DNA of 32,000 nucleotides. It comes from Candidatus Fokinia solitaria. GTDB taxonomy: Bacteria > Pseudomonadota > Alphaproteobacteria > Rickettsiales > Midichloriaceae. This document shows, one piece after another, positions 29,457 through 32,000 of the stretch. The notes under the pieces were generated by a model. That model was given only the letters and a program-made list of their open reading frames with translations, ran no database searches and was not told where the DNA came from. The position numbers and the translations under genes are program-made. The stretch's first letter is position 1. Each line of letters begins with the position of its first letter. The stretch lies in NCBI RefSeq assembly GCF_003072485.1, contig NZ_CP025989.1:180001-212000 (forward strand), read 5' to 3'.

Positions 29457-30332
29457 TTATGATTTAATTGCGAGATTATGCTGTAGCTTTGTTAATGTGA
29501 TTGCGTTTTTCATGAGGCATGCCACAGTCATAGGGCCAACTCCTCCAGGTACGGGAGAAATGAAGGATACTTTCTGATATAAATCATCAAAATCTACATC
29601 TCCGTATAGTTTAGAATTGTACCGTGTTATGCCTACATCTATCACGCATGCACCTTCCTTTATCATATGTGATTTGACAAAATGTTTCTTGCCAATTGCA
29701 GCGATTAATATATCGGCATTTTTTGTATGCTGTACTATATCCTTTGTATTACTGTGCAATATGCTGACCGTGCAGTTTTCGCGTAATAGCATATGACTCA
29801 ATGGTAATCCAACAATTTTCGATCTTCCTATGATTACCGCATTCATTCCTTGAATATTGCTGTGAAATAGCTTCTTTAGCATATATATTATACCTTGCGG
29901 AGTGCACGGTGATATATGAGATGTGCCGGATATGAGACCGCCGATATTGTATGTATTTAAAGCGTCGATATCTTTATGTGGCGATATCATATTAAGTAGC
30001 ATGTGAGAATCTTCCAGCATATGCTGCGGTAAAGGCATTTGTACTATTATACCGTTTACTTTAGAATTTTCGTTTACCTCAGATATAGTATCGGATAGTT
30101 GCTTCAATGAAGCATCTTCTCCAAATTTCAGTATATGAAATTCTATACCAAGTTCTTTTGCTTTAGCTTTTTTTATTCTGACATAAGTATCGCTGCTTGG
30201 ATTGTCACCTACCATTATAGCAGTGATGCAAGGTACGATATTAAGTTTTTTGAGATTACGTATTTCCTCTCTCAATAGCGTAAAAATTTCTTCTGCATAA
30301 CTAGTACCATTTATAATTTTCGAAGATTGCAT
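29457..30332 (-). CDS. folD: Bifunctional methylenetetrahydrofolate dehydrogenase/cyclohydrolase
   Basis: 291 aa; VGDNPSSDTYVRIKKAKAKELGI, GIIVQMPLPQHM, AVIIGRSKIVGLPLSHML, PVPGGVGPMTVACLMKNAI. Confidence 0.97.
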   Translation of the reverse strand: MQSSKIINGTSYAEEIFTLLREEIRNLKKLNIVPCITAIMVGDNPSSDTYVRIKKAKAKELGIEFHILKFGEDASLKQLSDTISEVNENSKVNGIIVQMPLPQHMLEDSHMLLNMISPHKDIDALNTYNIGGLISGTSHISPCTPQGIIYMLKKLFHSNIQGMNAVIIGRSKIVGLPLSHMLLRENCTVSILHSNTKDIVQHTKNADILIAAIGKKHFVKSHMIKEGACVIDVGITRYNSKLYGDVDFDDLYQKVSFISPVPGGVGPMTVACLMKNAITLTKLQHNLAIKS

Positions 30333-30571
30333 GTTAGTAACTTAAATCGTGTAGCATTGTAGAAAGACTTTACGAGAATTATAAAACTGATGATATCGTT
30401 ATACAACTGTAAGAGTTTTTGTTAATGTTTCTTTAATCATGAGAAAACTGCAATATCTCTAAAGTTTTGAGTAGCTGAAGTCCTATTATGACGGCTTCCT
30501 GGATCTTATTACTGCGTTTATAGAGTATCTATCACCTTCGATGCTCTTTTAGAAGAAAGTGGATGTATAAG

Positions 30572-32000
30572 ATGTTCAATCGTTTGTTAAATCGCATTAT
30601 ACGCGCTACTCTTGGTAAACATGTAGCGATGTTAAAGGCGCGCTTTATAGATCCGCTTATTAGTAATAGCGATAGAGACGATTTCATCCTTAGCTCTTCA
30701 TCTTCAAAAAAGTCTTCCGTCAGCTTACCGAAGGAAATAGAAATACCCGTAGTATATGGACGATGTAGAATGCAGTGTCATGTGATTTGGGCTGATAAAG
30801 TAGTTAGTATCAGAGATGAGGAGGATAGTAGTGGTTCATCGTACGTTTATGTAAAATCCTTTGCAGTAGGTATATGTAGAGGACCTATCTTTAATATCGG
30901 CCACATACTAGTTAACGGACAAAATATTGGTATTCAAAAAAATATAAGAATTAGAGTATACTACGGCACAGAAGACCAAACGGTAGATCCGCTGATAGCG
31001 ATGAGATTGCAGCACCTTTCTACACCTTATAAAGGGCTAGCTTATATTGTTATTCAAAACTTTCCAGCGTCTGACTATAGCCCCTCGATTAAAGTAGAAG
31101 CAGAAATCTCCGGTATATATGACGCAGAATACAGAAGGCGATATGCAATGGATGCTATAAATCTGATCGGTAATGGAGAATTTACATATGATACATTATC
31201 AAACACTCGATACCTTGAATGTCCCGAAGGAGCAGGTACTTGTCAGAGAAGAGATTATTTTCAGATAAATGAATATCATACTGCAGGATCAGCAGATGTA
31301 ATAGTATCTCTTCACGAGCTAAAACGTGCTATGCCAGGCATTAGATGGGTTTGTGTTACAGTATATTGGTTTGCTACTACATATGACATAAAGGATGCAG
31401 ATATAAGACCAGGAGTAGAATTCAGAGGTGATCATACTGCTACTAATCCAGTCACGTGGGTAGTATCTAAGTATACAAGAGATACTGCTGAGCTTATAAA
31501 AAAAGATGCAAATGGTAAATTAATATATACCGGTACAGCAGGTACTATATGCGTTGACAGAATAGTATCAACTTTGAAACAGAGAGGATATAAAGTTATG
31601 CTAAAGCCGATTTTGTTAGTGAATAGAGAAGATAAACCATGGAGTGGAAAGATGGTATGTAATGCATCTGATGTGAGTAATTTTTTTAATAAAGAGGAGG
31701 GTTACAATAACTTTATTACTCATTATGCGAGAGTGCATAGTGGCTTGCTCGACGCCTTTCTTATAGGTTCAGAGCTTGTAAGTCTTACATCATGTCGAGA
31801 TAATGATGGAAATTTTGTCGCAATAAAAGAGCTAAAAAAACTTGCAGATATAGTAAGGGTACTGATACCAGGTAATGTTATGGTGTCGTATGCAGCGCAT
31901 TGGTTAGAATATCATCATACTGATGGTGGATGGTATAATTTAGATCCATTGTGGAGCGACCCAAATATACACTTTATTGGTATAAATAATTACATGCCTC
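30572..32000 (+). CDS. GTA/phage tail protein with TIM-barrel domain (3' truncated by window edge)
   Basis: Own translation from ATG 30572, uninterrupted to the window end. It contains VYGRCRMQCHVIWA, GSELVSLTS, VSYAAHWLEYHHTDGGWYNLDPLWSDPNIHFIGINNYMP, typical of the GTA TIM-barrel-like domain (RcGTA gp15 family). Confidence 0.85.
   Translation, partial: MFNRLLNRIIRATLGKHVAMLKARFIDPLISNSDRDDFILSSSSSKKSSVSLPKEIEIPVVYGRCRMQCHVIWADKVVSIRDEEDSSGSSYVYVKSFAVGICRGPIFNIGHILVNGQNIGIQKNIRIRVYYGTEDQTVDPLIAMRLQHLSTPYKGLAYIVIQNFPASDYSPSIKVEAEISGIYDAEYRRRYAMDAINLIGNGEFTYDTLSNTRYLECPEGAGTCQRRDYFQINEYHTAGSADVIVSLHELKRAMPGIRWVCVTVYWFATTYDIKDADIRPGVEFRGDHTATNPVTWVVSKYTRDTAELIKKDANGKLIYTGTAGTICVDRIVSTLKQRGYKVMLKPILLVNREDKPWSGKMVCNASDVSNFFNKEEGYNNFITHYARVHSGLLDAFLIGSELVSLTSCRDNDGNFVAIKELKKLADIVRVLIPGNVMVSYAAHWLEYHHTDGGWYNLDPLWSDPNIHFIGINNYMP

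Overview
This AT-rich 32 kb window is densely packed and looks like an alphaproteobacterium of the Rickettsiales (lineage is my inference). Supporting signs are scattered ribosomal genes, rvh-type T4SS genes with two virB9 copies, an ankyrin-repeat protein with a signal peptide, and a GTA-type tail gene. Housekeeping content: 3' end of prfA, plsX, murG, rpsM-rpsK-rpoA, a short atpC-like gene, tsaC, hflK, an ABC ATPase plus permease, a Ddl-family ATP-grasp protein, birA, tsf, rsmE, coaD, pheS, uppS, tRNA-Leu(GAG), a beta carbonic anhydrase, obgE, pccA and pccB, virB9-virB10, coaE, rpmC-rplP, a second virB9, folD, and a 5'-partial GTA/phage tail TIM-barrel gene. I see no CRISPR array, transposase, toxin-antitoxin module or clear defence system, so I cannot claim a new multi-gene system. 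The best candidates for follow-up are: (1) a ~620 bp tandem array of ~124/133 bp units that starts at the rpoA stop codon, where rplQ would be expected, with hairpins whose substitutions keep pairing only on the + strand; (2) an intact Ddl-family ORF whose catalytic and metal-binding motifs are replaced; (3) a biotin-protein ligase with a non-consensus biotinyl-AMP loop (GIGTGSNSW) encoded near a biotin carboxylase locus; (4) two orphan ORFs between pccA and pccB; (5) a split T4SS with a second virB9 beside rplP. All alignments were made by eye from remembered family consensus.
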